From: Bacilli bacterium
GTDB lineage: Bacteria; Bacillota_I; Bacilli_A; ML615J-28; CAG-698
Reading direction: 5' to 3'
Assembly: GCA_050953065.1 (NCBI GenBank)
Contig: JBMNLZ010000002.1
Coordinates: forward strand, 544,001-608,000
Length of the DNA: 64,000 nt
Shown here: one piece after another, positions 29,753 to 39,551 of the stretch
Layout: the number at the start of each line of letters is the position of its first letter
Numbering within the stretch: the stretch's first letter is position 1
Program-made: the position numbers and the translations under genes
The notes under the pieces: model-generated
Told to the model about the DNA's origin: nothing
What the model saw: the letters and a program-made list of their open reading frames with translations, nothing else
Databases searched by the model: none

Positions 29753-31813
29753 ATGAAAGAATACAAAGCTGATTCGATTAGAAATATTGCTATACTAGGA
29801 CATATGGGGTGTGGGAAAACATCTTTATGTGAATCAATGTTATATGTTAGTAAAGCAATTGAAAAAAAAGGAGAAGTAGAACGTAAAAATACAGTAGGTG
29901 ACTTTTTACCAGAAGAACAAAATAGACAAACTACACTAAGTTCTAGTTTAATACCTATTGAATGGAAAAATACCAAAATTAATTTTTTAGATACTCCAGG
30001 TTCTGAAGAATTTATTGGTGAATTAACAAATGTGTTAAGTGTTGTTGATGGGGCCATAGTATTAATAGATTCTTCAAGAGGAGTTGAAATTGGTACTGAA
30101 AGAGTATGGGATGAACTTGCTAAAAGAAATATCCCTATAATCATAGTTAACAATAAACTAGAAAAAGAAAATATTAAATACAATGAAGTGCTAAATAGCA
30201 TTTCTGAAAAGTTAGATAAAAAAGCTACACAGTTTTTTATTCCATTTGGAGTTAGTGAGAACTTTAATGGTTATGTTGATGTAGTTTCAAAAAAAGCTTT
30301 TTCATATGCTAGTGGAAAAGCCGCTGAAGTAAGTATTCCTAGTGATTTAAGTAGTCAAGTTGAAGAAAACAACGGAAGCATTATTGAATTTGCAGCTGAA
30401 ACATGTGAAGAATTACTTGAAAAATATTTTGGTGGTGAAGAATTAACTGTTGATGAAATTGCTAAAGGCTTAAAAAACAGTTTAAAAAACCGCGATATTT
30501 TCCCAGTAGTTACAACTTCGGGACTAAAGAACATTGGAATAGAAGGCTTGTTAGATGCAATCATAGCTTACATGCCAGCAGCATCAGAGTTTGAAAAAGA
30601 AGGGATTAATCCAAAAGACAACTCAAAAGTTGTTAGAAAAACAACAGATGCTAGTCTTTCTGGTTTAGCATTCAAAACTACGATTGATGCTTTTGTTGGA
30701 ACTATTACAATGTTTAGAGTATATTCTGGTTCTTTAAAAACTGCTCAAGAAGTTTATTTGCCAGAAGAAGATACAACAGTTAAAATGCCTCAATTATTTA
30801 CTTTAATGGGAAAAACGCAAATTCCTTTAGAAACAATTTATGCTGGTGATATTGCAGCTGTTGCTAAATTGCCAGAAATTACAACTAATGTAAGTTTTTG
30901 TGATAAAAAGGATCCAATTGTATTTGAAAAAATTGAATATCCTACACCTACAATTTATATCGCAATTTCTCCAAAAAATAAACAAGATGAAGATAAAATT
31001 TCAACATCACTTCAAAAGATTCAACTTGAAGATGCAAGTTTTGAAATAAAGAGAAATGAAGAAACTGCTCAAATGTTATTAGGTGGCCAAGGAATGACGC
31101 ATTTAGGTTATATTGTTGAAAAAATGCGTAATATGTTTAAAGTTGAACTTGAAACTTCAGATCCAAAAATTGTTTACAGAGAAACAATTAAAGCTAAAGG
31201 AGAAGCTCAAGGTAGACATAAAAAGCAATCAGGTGGAGCTGGACAATTTGGTGATGTTTGGATTAGATTTGAACCAACAGAAGAAGAATTTGAATTCGCA
31301 GAAGAAATTTTTGGTGGAGCCGTACCTAAAAACTATTTCCCAGCAGTTGAAAAGGGCTTAAGAGAAGCGATGAAAAGAGGACCTTTAGCAGGATTCCCTG
31401 TAATTGGTGTTAAAGCAACTTTATATGATGGATCTTATCATCCAGTTGACTCAAATGAATTATCGTTTGTTTTAGCTGCTCAACTTTCTTTTAAAGAAGC
31501 TTGTAAAAGTATTAAACCTGCTATTTTAGAACCAATTATGAAAATTAATGTTATTGTAAAAGATGAATACTTGGGTGCTATTATGGGGGACGTTACTAAA
31601 AGACGTGGTAGAGTATTAGGAACTGAACCACGAGATAATGGCTGGCAAGAAGTTATTGCTGAAGTTCCTGAAAGTGAAATTATTAAATACACAACAGATT
31701 TGAAAGCTTTAACTCAAGGAAGTGGACGTTTTAGTAGAAGTTTCTTAAGATATGAAGAAGTTAGAGACGATAGTTTAGTATCAAGAATAATTAACGAATA
31801 TAAAAAACAATAA
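29753..31813 (+). CDS. Divergent elongation factor G paralog (EF-G2-like)
   Basis: Five-domain EF-G layout (YRETI, HKKQSGGAGQFG, GSYHPVDS, LEPIM) with altered G motifs GHMGCGKT, RQTTL, DTPGS, NKLE; start ATG 29753 after AAGGAGG. Confidence 0.92.
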   Translation: MKEYKADSIRNIAILGHMGCGKTSLCESMLYVSKAIEKKGEVERKNTVGDFLPEEQNRQTTLSSSLIPIEWKNTKINFLDTPGSEEFIGELTNVLSVVDGAIVLIDSSRGVEIGTERVWDELAKRNIPIIIVNNKLEKENIKYNEVLNSISEKLDKKATQFFIPFGVSENFNGYVDVVSKKAFSYASGKAAEVSIPSDLSSQVEENNGSIIEFAAETCEELLEKYFGGEELTVDEIAKGLKNSLKNRDIFPVVTTSGLKNIGIEGLLDAIIAYMPAASEFEKEGINPKDNSKVVRKTTDASLSGLAFKTTIDAFVGTITMFRVYSGSLKTAQEVYLPEEDTTVKMPQLFTLMGKTQIPLETIYAGDIAAVAKLPEITTNVSFCDKKDPIVFEKIEYPTPTIYIAISPKNKQDEDKISTSLQKIQLEDASFEIKRNEETAQMLLGGQGMTHLGYIVEKMRNMFKVELETSDPKIVYRETIKAKGEAQGRHKKQSGGAGQFGDVWIRFEPTEEEFEFAEEIFGGAVPKNYFPAVEKGLREAMKRGPLAGFPVIGVKATLYDGSYHPVDSNELSFVLAAQLSFKEACKSIKPAILEPIMKINVIVKDEYLGAIMGDVTKRRGRVLGTEPRDNGWQEVIAEVPESEIIKYTTDLKALTQGSGRFSRSFLRYEEVRDDSLVSRIINEYKKQ

Positions 31814-31819
31814 GGATAT

Positions 31820-31843
31820 GGGCTAATTTATTAGCCCTTTTTT
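31820..31843 (+). terminator. Intrinsic terminator
   Basis: GGGCTAA...TTAGCCC followed by T6. Confidence 0.8.
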
Positions 31844-31849
31844 AAAATA

Positions 31850-32704
31850 ATGATTATAAAATATATTGTAGAAGACGAAAATGTTTTAATAAAAGATTAT
31901 TTAAAAAATAAAAATCTTTTAAGTAATTTTTTAAAAAAAGTTAAGTTGTATGGTGAATTTAGAATAAATCAAGAAATTGCTAAAAATTATTATCCTTTAA
32001 AAAAAGGCGATGTTTTAGAACTATTTTTAAAAGAAGAATTAAATCAAGAGATTGAAGCTAAAAAAATTGATTTTAAAATAGTGTATGAAGATGAGTTTTT
32101 AATGGTAATTTCAAAACCGCGAAATCTTGCATGTATGCCAACAAGAAAACATTTTACTGATAATGTTGTTAGTGCAATAAAATACCATTTTCTAGAAAAT
32201 GGTATTACTAGTAATATTCATATTGTAAATAGGTTAGATTTTTCTACATCAGGTTTGATGATAGTTGCCAAACACGGTTTTATTCATAATGCACTAAAAC
32301 AAAACGATATAACTAGAAAATATATTGCTTTAGTAGAAGGCCTTGTTTTACCTAAAAAAGGAATTATAGATTTACCAATTGATAGAAGTGCTGAAATGAG
32401 TATAAAAAGGGAAATCACTGAAAAGGGTAAAAAAGCAATTACTGAATATGTAGTATTAAAAGAATTTGATAATATGTCTTGTTTGCTTTTGAAACTATAT
32501 ACTGGAAGAACACACCAAATAAGGCTTCATCTATCACATTTAGGTTTTCCAATAATTGGTGATGGTTTATATGGCAGCAAAGCAGGAGAGTTAAAGCTTC
32601 ATTGTTGCTATTTAGAATTTACTCATCCAGTTTTAAATAAAAAAATTAGTCTAGAAGAAAATCCAGATTGGTATCAGTTAAAGATTGAACACACATTAAT
32701 ATGA
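31850..32704 (+). CDS. RluA-family pseudouridine synthase
   Basis: VNRLDFSTSG (catalytic Asp), TGRTHQIR, PIIGD, LH. Confidence 0.93.
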   Translation: MIIKYIVEDENVLIKDYLKNKNLLSNFLKKVKLYGEFRINQEIAKNYYPLKKGDVLELFLKEELNQEIEAKKIDFKIVYEDEFLMVISKPRNLACMPTRKHFTDNVVSAIKYHFLENGITSNIHIVNRLDFSTSGLMIVAKHGFIHNALKQNDITRKYIALVEGLVLPKKGIIDLPIDRSAEMSIKREITEKGKKAITEYVVLKEFDNMSCLLLKLYTGRTHQIRLHLSHLGFPIIGDGLYGSKAGELKLHCCYLEFTHPVLNKKISLEENPDWYQLKIEHTLI

Positions 32705-32714
32705 AAACTTTAGA

Positions 32715-32743
32715 TTGAAAAAGCAGTAATTTTTTCATATAAT
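32715..32743 (+). promoter_or_regulatory. Sigma-A promoter of the surface-protein/kinase operon
   Basis: TTGAAA-17 bp-TATAAT. Confidence 0.7.
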
Positions 32744-32763
32744 AATATAGTAGGTAGATAGAT

Positions 32764-33918
32764 ATGAAAAGAAAAACCTTTGTTTTAATAATAATAATCC
32801 TAATGATAAATCTTGTCGCAATAGGTGCAAATAGTACTTATTTATCTTATGATGTTACTATTGAAGCATATTTTGATGAAGATAACCACATAGTGATTGA
32901 AAATTTAGATGTTAAATATAAAACAAATGTTGCTTTGATGGAAAACTGCGCTTTAGGATTTACTAATTATAGTTTTAAATATTGGTTAATTGATAATTAT
33001 ATCACATCAGAACAAATTAATTATAGAATTGAGATTACTAAAGACACTAAAGCAACTGCTATATATAAGCCCAATGATAAAATTGTAGTTGTTTTTGTTG
33101 ATGACAACAACTATGTATTAAAGGTAAGTTATTATAATAGTGGAGATGTTCTTGAAGAAGAAAATTATTATGATGAGAGATTATTAAATAAAATTGGATA
33201 CAGATTCAATGGCTGGTATGTTAATGGTGAGGAGTTAAATGTTACTACTTTAACTTCAGATATAATAGTAAAAGCTACTTATAAAATGCTAGATAAAAGG
33301 AATCCTTATCGATTAATAGTATTTGATGGTATAATTCCATCAGGTCAAAATTATTATCCTTTTGGACACCTTGTAACTATCATAGCAAATCCTGATCCAG
33401 TGAATAAAGAATTCTTATATTGGGTTGATGAAGTTGGAAATATTATTTCTCCTAGTCGTAAATTGAAGTTTACAATGATTAAAGATACAAAGCTTACAGC
33501 AATATACGGTGATATTGGTACTAGAGTAGAAGAACCTTTTATCAATATTAATGTTGTAACAAGTGTAATTGAAGCTAAAAAGATATCATATCTTAATCAA
33601 TTTTATTTTCCAAATAATAGTAGTTATAAATTTATTGAAGCAGGAATGTTAATGATTAGAACTACAGAAAGTATAGATATAAGTTTACTTGAGTTAGATG
33701 CTAATTTTAGAACTAAAAACCCAAGAGTTTTAAGAGCAAATGCTGCATTAATTTCTCCTACTAATGAATTTATAATGTCTAAAGTTAATGTTGAAGTAGA
33801 TGATGTTTGGTATGCAAGAAGTTATATTATTTATGAAGAAATGAATGTTATTAAAATCAAGTATAGTTTGATTATGACAAAAGTAAAAGAAGTAGTAGGA
33901 GGCAAAGAAATCCTATGA
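32764..33918 (+). CDS. Secreted protein with InlB B-repeat-like modules
   Basis: Signal peptide; repeated YSFKYW / GYRFNGWY / EFLYW...AIY units; C-terminal WYARSYIIY. Confidence 0.6.
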   Translation: MKRKTFVLIIIILMINLVAIGANSTYLSYDVTIEAYFDEDNHIVIENLDVKYKTNVALMENCALGFTNYSFKYWLIDNYITSEQINYRIEITKDTKATAIYKPNDKIVVVFVDDNNYVLKVSYYNSGDVLEEENYYDERLLNKIGYRFNGWYVNGEELNVTTLTSDIIVKATYKMLDKRNPYRLIVFDGIIPSGQNYYPFGHLVTIIANPDPVNKEFLYWVDEVGNIISPSRKLKFTMIKDTKLTAIYGDIGTRVEEPFININVVTSVIEAKKISYLNQFYFPNNSSYKFIEAGMLMIRTTESIDISLLELDANFRTKNPRVLRANAALISPTNEFIMSKVNVEVDDVWYARSYIIYEEMNVIKIKYSLIMTKVKEVVGGKEIL

Positions 33919-34973
33919 AAAAATTTATTTTATTACTTTTAATATTATTTACAACTGCTTGTAGTAAAGATGTCATAACAATTATTCTTGATACGCCTAC
34001 TAATATATCAATTGAGGAACATATAATTTATTGGGATAAGGTTGATAAAGCTAGCAAATATACTTTAGAGATTAATGGCTTATTATATGATTCTAATAAA
34101 AATAGTTTTGATTTAACTCAATTAGGTGAAGGGTCATATTGTTTTAGAATTAAAGCTAGAAATTCAACTGATACTGATTCAAGTTATTCAGAGTTTTATA
34201 ATTATACTATAAATAGTTTAACAATAGAATCTCCTAATAATATAAAAATAGAAAAGCAATTGTTAAGTTGGGATGAAGTGGCTAATGCAGTTGGTTATAG
34301 ATTAGTAATCAATAATGAAACTTATAATATTGAAAATAATTATTATGATCTTAGTTTACTTGAGCCTACTAATTGTTTTACAATGATAAAAAGTTTATCA
34401 AATGAAAGATATAAAGATTCTGATTATTCTTTCATAATATATTTTGATAAAACATTTAGTAATGATATAGCTTCTCAAGTTTTGTTTGATAAGGAAAACG
34501 AAAAAGATTTAATCTTACCTTATAGTGGAAATTATACAATAACTATGAATGGTATTGAAATAGAAGAATTAAATTATGAAACTGGAGATAATTTAGTAAT
34601 TAAAAATACATTTTTAAGAAGTATTACTTCTGAAAATCAAATGTTTAGAATTTTTAATGCGGAAGCATCGTATCAAGTTACTGTAAATATAATTGATTCT
34701 AGAACGCCTTATATAATTTCAGATTATGAGTTTGTTTATGAAAACCAAGATGTAACTTTAGAATTTAACGTTTTTGATGGTAATTTTGAAGGGCTTTTCG
34801 GACACAATATTACTAGTGCTGATTATATGATTGATGATAATAAGATAATGATTAAAAAAGAATTTATTGAATCAGTAAATTTAGAGAACATTTTTTTAGC
34901 ATATAAACTTAAAAATGCTAATAATGTATCTTTTGGATTTATACTAATTAGAAATGGAGAAACAAATGAATAA
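33915..34973 (+). CDS. Lipoprotein with two Fn3-like repeats and X2/Ig-like C-terminal modules
   Basis: Lipobox FTTA-C; LDTPTNI...WDKVDKASKY and IESPNNI...WDEVANAVGY repeats; DYMIDDNKIMIKKEFI. Confidence 0.6.
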   Translation: MKKFILLLLILFTTACSKDVITIILDTPTNISIEEHIIYWDKVDKASKYTLEINGLLYDSNKNSFDLTQLGEGSYCFRIKARNSTDTDSSYSEFYNYTINSLTIESPNNIKIEKQLLSWDEVANAVGYRLVINNETYNIENNYYDLSLLEPTNCFTMIKSLSNERYKDSDYSFIIYFDKTFSNDIASQVLFDKENEKDLILPYSGNYTITMNGIEIEELNYETGDNLVIKNTFLRSITSENQMFRIFNAEASYQVTVNIIDSRTPYIISDYEFVYENQDVTLEFNVFDGNFEGLFGHNITSADYMIDDNKIMIKKEFIESVNLENIFLAYKLKNANNVSFGFILIRNGETNE

Positions 34974-36375
34974 TAACAATAATAACAGTGGAAGAGAAAT
35001 TACGATAGAAGATATTCTTGTAAAAATTAAACAAAATTTACTTGTGATAATTTTAATATTTGTAGTAGTTATAGGGTTAGGGTTTGCTATTACAAAATTT
35101 GCACTTACACCATATTATGAAGGAGTTTGTATAATGAGTGTTGAAAATCAAACAATGTCAACAAACACTCCTACTGTTGCTAAGGAGTTAATTGATAGGT
35201 TGTCAACTCAAACTAAATACGAAGGCTTTCTTCAAAGCATTAAAGACCAAGCGAGTGATGAATATAGCGTAAATAGAAGCATTGGTGCTTTAAGACAATC
35301 TATCAGTATTAAAAAAACATCAGCTGATACAATTTTTAGTGTTAATTATAAAGACATAGATCCGCTGGTTGCTAAAGATATCTGTAATTTAATGGCTGAA
35401 GAAATAAAAGTAAGAGTAAATGAAGAGTTCTCAGATGGTGAGGGCGGAGCAAGTATGTCTTGGGCATATCAATATGCAACAATAAAAATCGAAAACTTAG
35501 CTACTTTGCCATCAAGCCCTGTAAGTCCTAGAACGTCATTAAATGTTTTTATTAGTTTTGTAGTAGCATTAATTTTAGCATTAGTTTATGTTGTTTTAAA
35601 AAGTGTTTTAAGTATGAAGTTTGCTTCTAGTGTTGAAGTAAAAGAGTTAACGGGTGAAGATGTAATTACTCGCATTATGGGAATAAAAGCACCTAAAAAA
35701 GAAGAGGCAGCGAAAAAGTTTGAATTTGTTGTTAAAGAATCTCCTGATAGTGTAAATGCTGAAGGCTATAGAAAAATACCATTTAAACTACTTGCTTCAG
35801 TAGAAAAAGAATTTAATGTAGTTCAAATTACCTCATCAGTTAAAGGGGAATTTAAAACAACAACATCAATTAATTTAGCTTATGCTTTAAATGAATTTGA
35901 AAATAAGAAAATTTTAATTATAGATATGGATTTAAGAAGACCAGAAATTCATAACAAATTTGAACTTGATAACAAAAAAGGAATTTCAAATTATGTTTTG
36001 GGTGAGGTTAAATTAGATGAAATTATTCAAAAAACTGCTGATGGCATTGACATTATTACAAGTGGTAAGAGAATTGAATTATCACATGTGCTTGTTGCAA
36101 ATTCAAAAGTAAAAGAAATGATTGATGAATTAAGAAAAAATTACGATGTGATAATTCTTGACTGTCCTCCAGTTTTAGCGACTAATGATGCTATGATAAT
36201 TTCAAAATATGCTGATGAAACTTTATTTGTATTAAATCAAAAGAGAGTAACTAAAAAAGAAGCAATTGAAGCTCTGAATATTTTAAAATCTAATAATGTT
36301 AAAATTGCAGGAATTGTAATGAATAATGTTGTTATGGAGAAAAGAAAGAGTTATTATTCTTACGATTATAAGTAA
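34966..36375 (+). CDS. Wzc-type fused polysaccharide co-polymerase/BY-kinase with atypical Walker A
   Basis: Two TM helices with PVSP motif; ITSSVKGEFKTT, IDMDLRRP, IILDCPP, C-terminal Tyr cluster SYYSYDY; start ATG 34966 after GGAG. Confidence 0.88.
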   Translation: MNNNNNNSGREITIEDILVKIKQNLLVIILIFVVVIGLGFAITKFALTPYYEGVCIMSVENQTMSTNTPTVAKELIDRLSTQTKYEGFLQSIKDQASDEYSVNRSIGALRQSISIKKTSADTIFSVNYKDIDPLVAKDICNLMAEEIKVRVNEEFSDGEGGASMSWAYQYATIKIENLATLPSSPVSPRTSLNVFISFVVALILALVYVVLKSVLSMKFASSVEVKELTGEDVITRIMGIKAPKKEEAAKKFEFVVKESPDSVNAEGYRKIPFKLLASVEKEFNVVQITSSVKGEFKTTTSINLAYALNEFENKKILIIDMDLRRPEIHNKFELDNKKGISNYVLGEVKLDEIIQKTADGIDIITSGKRIELSHVLVANSKVKEMIDELRKNYDVIILDCPPVLATNDAMIISKYADETLFVLNQKRVTKKEAIEALNILKSNNVKIAGIVMNNVVMEKRKSYYSYDYK

Positions 36376-36402
36376 TTTTTAAAGAAAAGGTAGATTTATT
36401 AT

Positions 36403-37209
36403 ATGGCTGATAAAAAAATGATAGTAGTAGACTTAGATGGAACGTTAGTGACTGGATTTTCAAACTATGATAGAAAGTCATTGAACCTACTTAAAAATCT
36501 TGCTTTAAAACATTATGTAATAATTGCAACAGGACGTCCGTTTAGATCGAGTGAATTTTATTATAAATATTTGGAATTAAATACTCCTATTATTAATTAT
36601 AATGGCGCATATGTTCATCATCCAAAAGATTTTAATTTTAAATCAGTTTCTAAAACAATTTCAAAAGAACATGTTTTTCAAATTATTGAAGATAATTTAG
36701 AAAGTTTAAGAAATGTATTTTGTGAAGTAAAAGATGATATCTTCTTATGGAAATATGATTTAGAAATAAAACATTATTTGCATTTAGAAGGTGGTTCTTT
36801 AACTATTGGAAATTTTAAAGATATTCTCTTTGAAAATCCTAATGGAGTGATTGTTTTTGTAAAAGAAGGATATCAGCATCAATTAGAAAACTATATTGAT
36901 AATAAGTTTAAAGGAAAATTAAAATCTAGATTTTGGAAAATCGAAGAAGATTTTATTGTCTTTGAAGTTTATTCGCCGACTACTAACAAAGGTGAGGGCG
37001 TAAAATTAGTTGCAGAATTTTACAATATTAATAGTGATGATATACTAGCTATTGGTGATGGTCATAATGATATTGAAATGTTAAATATAGCTAAAGTAAA
37101 AGTGGCTATGGAAGATTCTCATCCTGAGTTAAAGGCTATTGCCAATTTCCATACAACAAGTGTAGAAAAAAACGGAGTATATAGATTTTTAAAAAAATAT
37201 TTTAAATAA
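36403..37209 (+). CDS. Cof-type HAD-IIB hydrolase
   Basis: DLDGTL, IATGR, NGA, NKG, IGDGHND. Confidence 0.93.
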   Translation: MADKKMIVVDLDGTLVTGFSNYDRKSLNLLKNLALKHYVIIATGRPFRSSEFYYKYLELNTPIINYNGAYVHHPKDFNFKSVSKTISKEHVFQIIEDNLESLRNVFCEVKDDIFLWKYDLEIKHYLHLEGGSLTIGNFKDILFENPNGVIVFVKEGYQHQLENYIDNKFKGKLKSRFWKIEEDFIVFEVYSPTTNKGEGVKLVAEFYNINSDDILAIGDGHNDIEMLNIAKVKVAMEDSHPELKAIANFHTTSVEKNGVYRFLKKYFK

Positions 37210-37239
37210 AAAAGCAGTTTCTTTTGAGAAACTGCTTTT
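37209..37239. terminator. Bidirectional terminator
   Basis: AAAAGCAGTTTCT-TTTG-AGAAACTGCTTTT between convergent genes. Confidence 0.85.
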
Positions 37240-37243
37240 ATTT

Positions 37244-39340
37244 TTATTTTACAATATCTAAAAAATATTCATCCTTAACTTCAATAATGAGATCCATTAT
37301 ATAAAATACCATTTCAGATCTTTCAAAAATTATTATTTCTAAAGGATCTGAGTATGATTCTCCAAGATTATTATAAACTCTTATTTTATAATATGCTTCA
37401 TAATCTTTAGGAAGTGTAACATCCATATAGCGTAAATATGAAATTTGACCGATTGTTGTTGTAATGTTTTGCCATGTAACTTGATTAGAAGAATAGTATA
37501 CTTCGTATGAAACTTGCCCACCTAATACATTAGTTTTTTCATTCCAGAATATTCTAACATTCTTACCAAAGCCTTCGGCTCCGTTGTAATAAACATTTTC
37601 AACTTCACCTAATGATGAAATAGAACTATCTACAACTGCTTGAGTAGAGTCTATGGTATTATTAGATCCTAGTGAGTTGGTTCCTGAAACTGGAACAACT
37701 CTATAGTTATATTTTAAACCGTGTCTTAAGTTGTCAAAAAATCTTACATCGGGTTCTGATGCAGTGTTTCCAACAACACCTACTACTATATCATCGCCCG
37801 GTACGCCACTAACTTCTTCATTACGATAAATAACATATTTACTAGCGTTGGCCATTTTATTCCATTTTAAGACATATCCACCATTAACAGTAAAAATACC
37901 AAGGTTAGTAAGTGGACCAGATAAAACAACTGGTGAAAAAGTTTTTAATACTGGTTGAATTGCAGGTTTACTAAGAGCAGTCATCATTTTTTCACCTTGT
38001 TGTTGCATCATTGGAGCTGCACTATTTTCATAAATAGCTTTAAGGTTTTTAAAACTAAAAATTGAAAAACCATCAACATTTTCAAGTGTAGACATAAATT
38101 TAAATTGATTTACAACTTCATCAGGATTAGTTGCCCAAGAGAAAGCTGCGTCTGATAATCTATTGTAATAAAGTCCGATTCCAGCATATAGATTAACATC
38201 TTTGTATTTAACAACTTTATTCCACCAAGCCATAAGGTCTGCAAAAGGAGCTCTATCATGTTCCATTGACCAATATGATTGTGGAATAATATAGTCAATC
38301 CATTCATTGTCAATCCATTTTTTTGTATCTGCGTATAAGTAATCTCCATAATGTTCTAGTGAGATAGTATATGATCCTATTCCAAGATAATTACCGTTAG
38401 CATCATATCCTTGACCAAGAGCAGCTTGATAACTAATTGCACTTCTATAAACACCAGTTGGAGAAATTCCTAATTGTACAAATTTTCCATTAGCAGTATT
38501 GTAATTGCTTAAAGCAATATGTAAATTTTGAATAAAGATATTTACTTGTTCTCTTCTCCAATCAGCTTTACTTAAACTGCTAGGGTTATAAGCAGCGTAT
38601 GTAGAATCATCGTTGATTCCAGCTGCATAGAAGTAATCATCAAAGTGAATCGCATCAATATCATAATTTTGAACTATTTCCATACATGTATTAACTAAAA
38701 AAGTTCTAACATTAGGTAGCCCTGGATTTAAAATAATAGTATCTGATCCTGCTAACATATTATCAGCACTACTTGCAGGGTTATTAGGGTAATCCTTATA
38801 AGTTACTGCCACTGCACTTAATGGAACTCCAGATGCTGATGATCTAACTCTATATGGATTTAACCAAGCATGGAATTCAATACCATTTCTATGACATTCT
38901 TCAATTATCCAAGGAAGTGGATCCCAACCTGGATCGATACCAAAGCCTTTTAGATAACTTGTCCAAGGGTTTAATGCAGAAGCATAGAAAGCATCGTTTA
39001 AAGCCCTTACATGATATACCATAACATTTAAATTAAAATAACGCATAATTTCAATAACTTTTGAAATTTCAGCTTTATATTGAGCAACACTTTGGAATTT
39101 AGCAATATCATTAACGTGAGGTGTTACCCAAACAGCTCTAAATTGAGCATCTTCTTCAACGTAAGTATCAGGCACTTTAACTTCAATTGAAGTACCTCTA
39201 TAAACAATATTACCAGATGGGTTAGTTCCATAAGTTTTTGGAATTGACACCAAAGTATAGGCATTACTGTTTGGCAAAGCAATAAATGAAATAAGCAGTG
39301 TTGCAACGATAAAAATCATAATTTTTTTAAAAAAATTCAT
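37244..39340 (-). CDS. Secreted GHL10 (YddW/DigH-like) glycoside hydrolase with C-terminal Fn3-like domains
   Basis: Signal peptide; FRAVW, WDPL...CHRNGIEFHAWLNPYR, DAIHFDDYFY, ISPTG, DYIIPQSY. Confidence 0.88.
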   Translation of the reverse strand: MNFFKKIMIFIVATLLISFIALPNSNAYTLVSIPKTYGTNPSGNIVYRGTSIEVKVPDTYVEEDAQFRAVWVTPHVNDIAKFQSVAQYKAEISKVIEIMRYFNLNVMVYHVRALNDAFYASALNPWTSYLKGFGIDPGWDPLPWIIEECHRNGIEFHAWLNPYRVRSSASGVPLSAVAVTYKDYPNNPASSADNMLAGSDTIILNPGLPNVRTFLVNTCMEIVQNYDIDAIHFDDYFYAAGINDDSTYAAYNPSSLSKADWRREQVNIFIQNLHIALSNYNTANGKFVQLGISPTGVYRSAISYQAALGQGYDANGNYLGIGSYTISLEHYGDYLYADTKKWIDNEWIDYIIPQSYWSMEHDRAPFADLMAWWNKVVKYKDVNLYAGIGLYYNRLSDAAFSWATNPDEVVNQFKFMSTLENVDGFSIFSFKNLKAIYENSAAPMMQQQGEKMMTALSKPAIQPVLKTFSPVVLSGPLTNLGIFTVNGGYVLKWNKMANASKYVIYRNEEVSGVPGDDIVVGVVGNTASEPDVRFFDNLRHGLKYNYRVVPVSGTNSLGSNNTIDSTQAVVDSSISSLGEVENVYYNGAEGFGKNVRIFWNEKTNVLGGQVSYEVYYSSNQVTWQNITTTIGQISYLRYMDVTLPKDYEAYYKIRVYNNLGESYSDPLEIIIFERSEMVFYIMDLIIEVKDEYFLDIVK

Positions 39341-39551
39341 AATTAAAATTCTCCTTGTCTTTTAATAGTACTAATACCAATAATAATTATAGCATAAAAT
39401 AGGCATAATTAAAAGTAAAAATATCAGCGTTTTTTAAAAAGGTAGATAATATTAATAAAATTGTAATAAAACTAAAATAAAGAGTTTAAACTAATGTAAA
39501 AATGTGGTATAATAAGTAAATGAGTTGAGTATTTATTAAAATGGAGATAAT

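Noticed and set aside
31812-31826. AAGGA followed by ATG GGC TAA minigene after the EF-G paralog
   Set aside because: SD spacing is too short and the sequence is explained by the terminator hairpin.
34966-34986. Poly-Asn AAT/AAC run at the kinase N-terminus as a phase-variation tract
   Set aside because: Short, impure and in-frame triplets; slippage would not switch expression.
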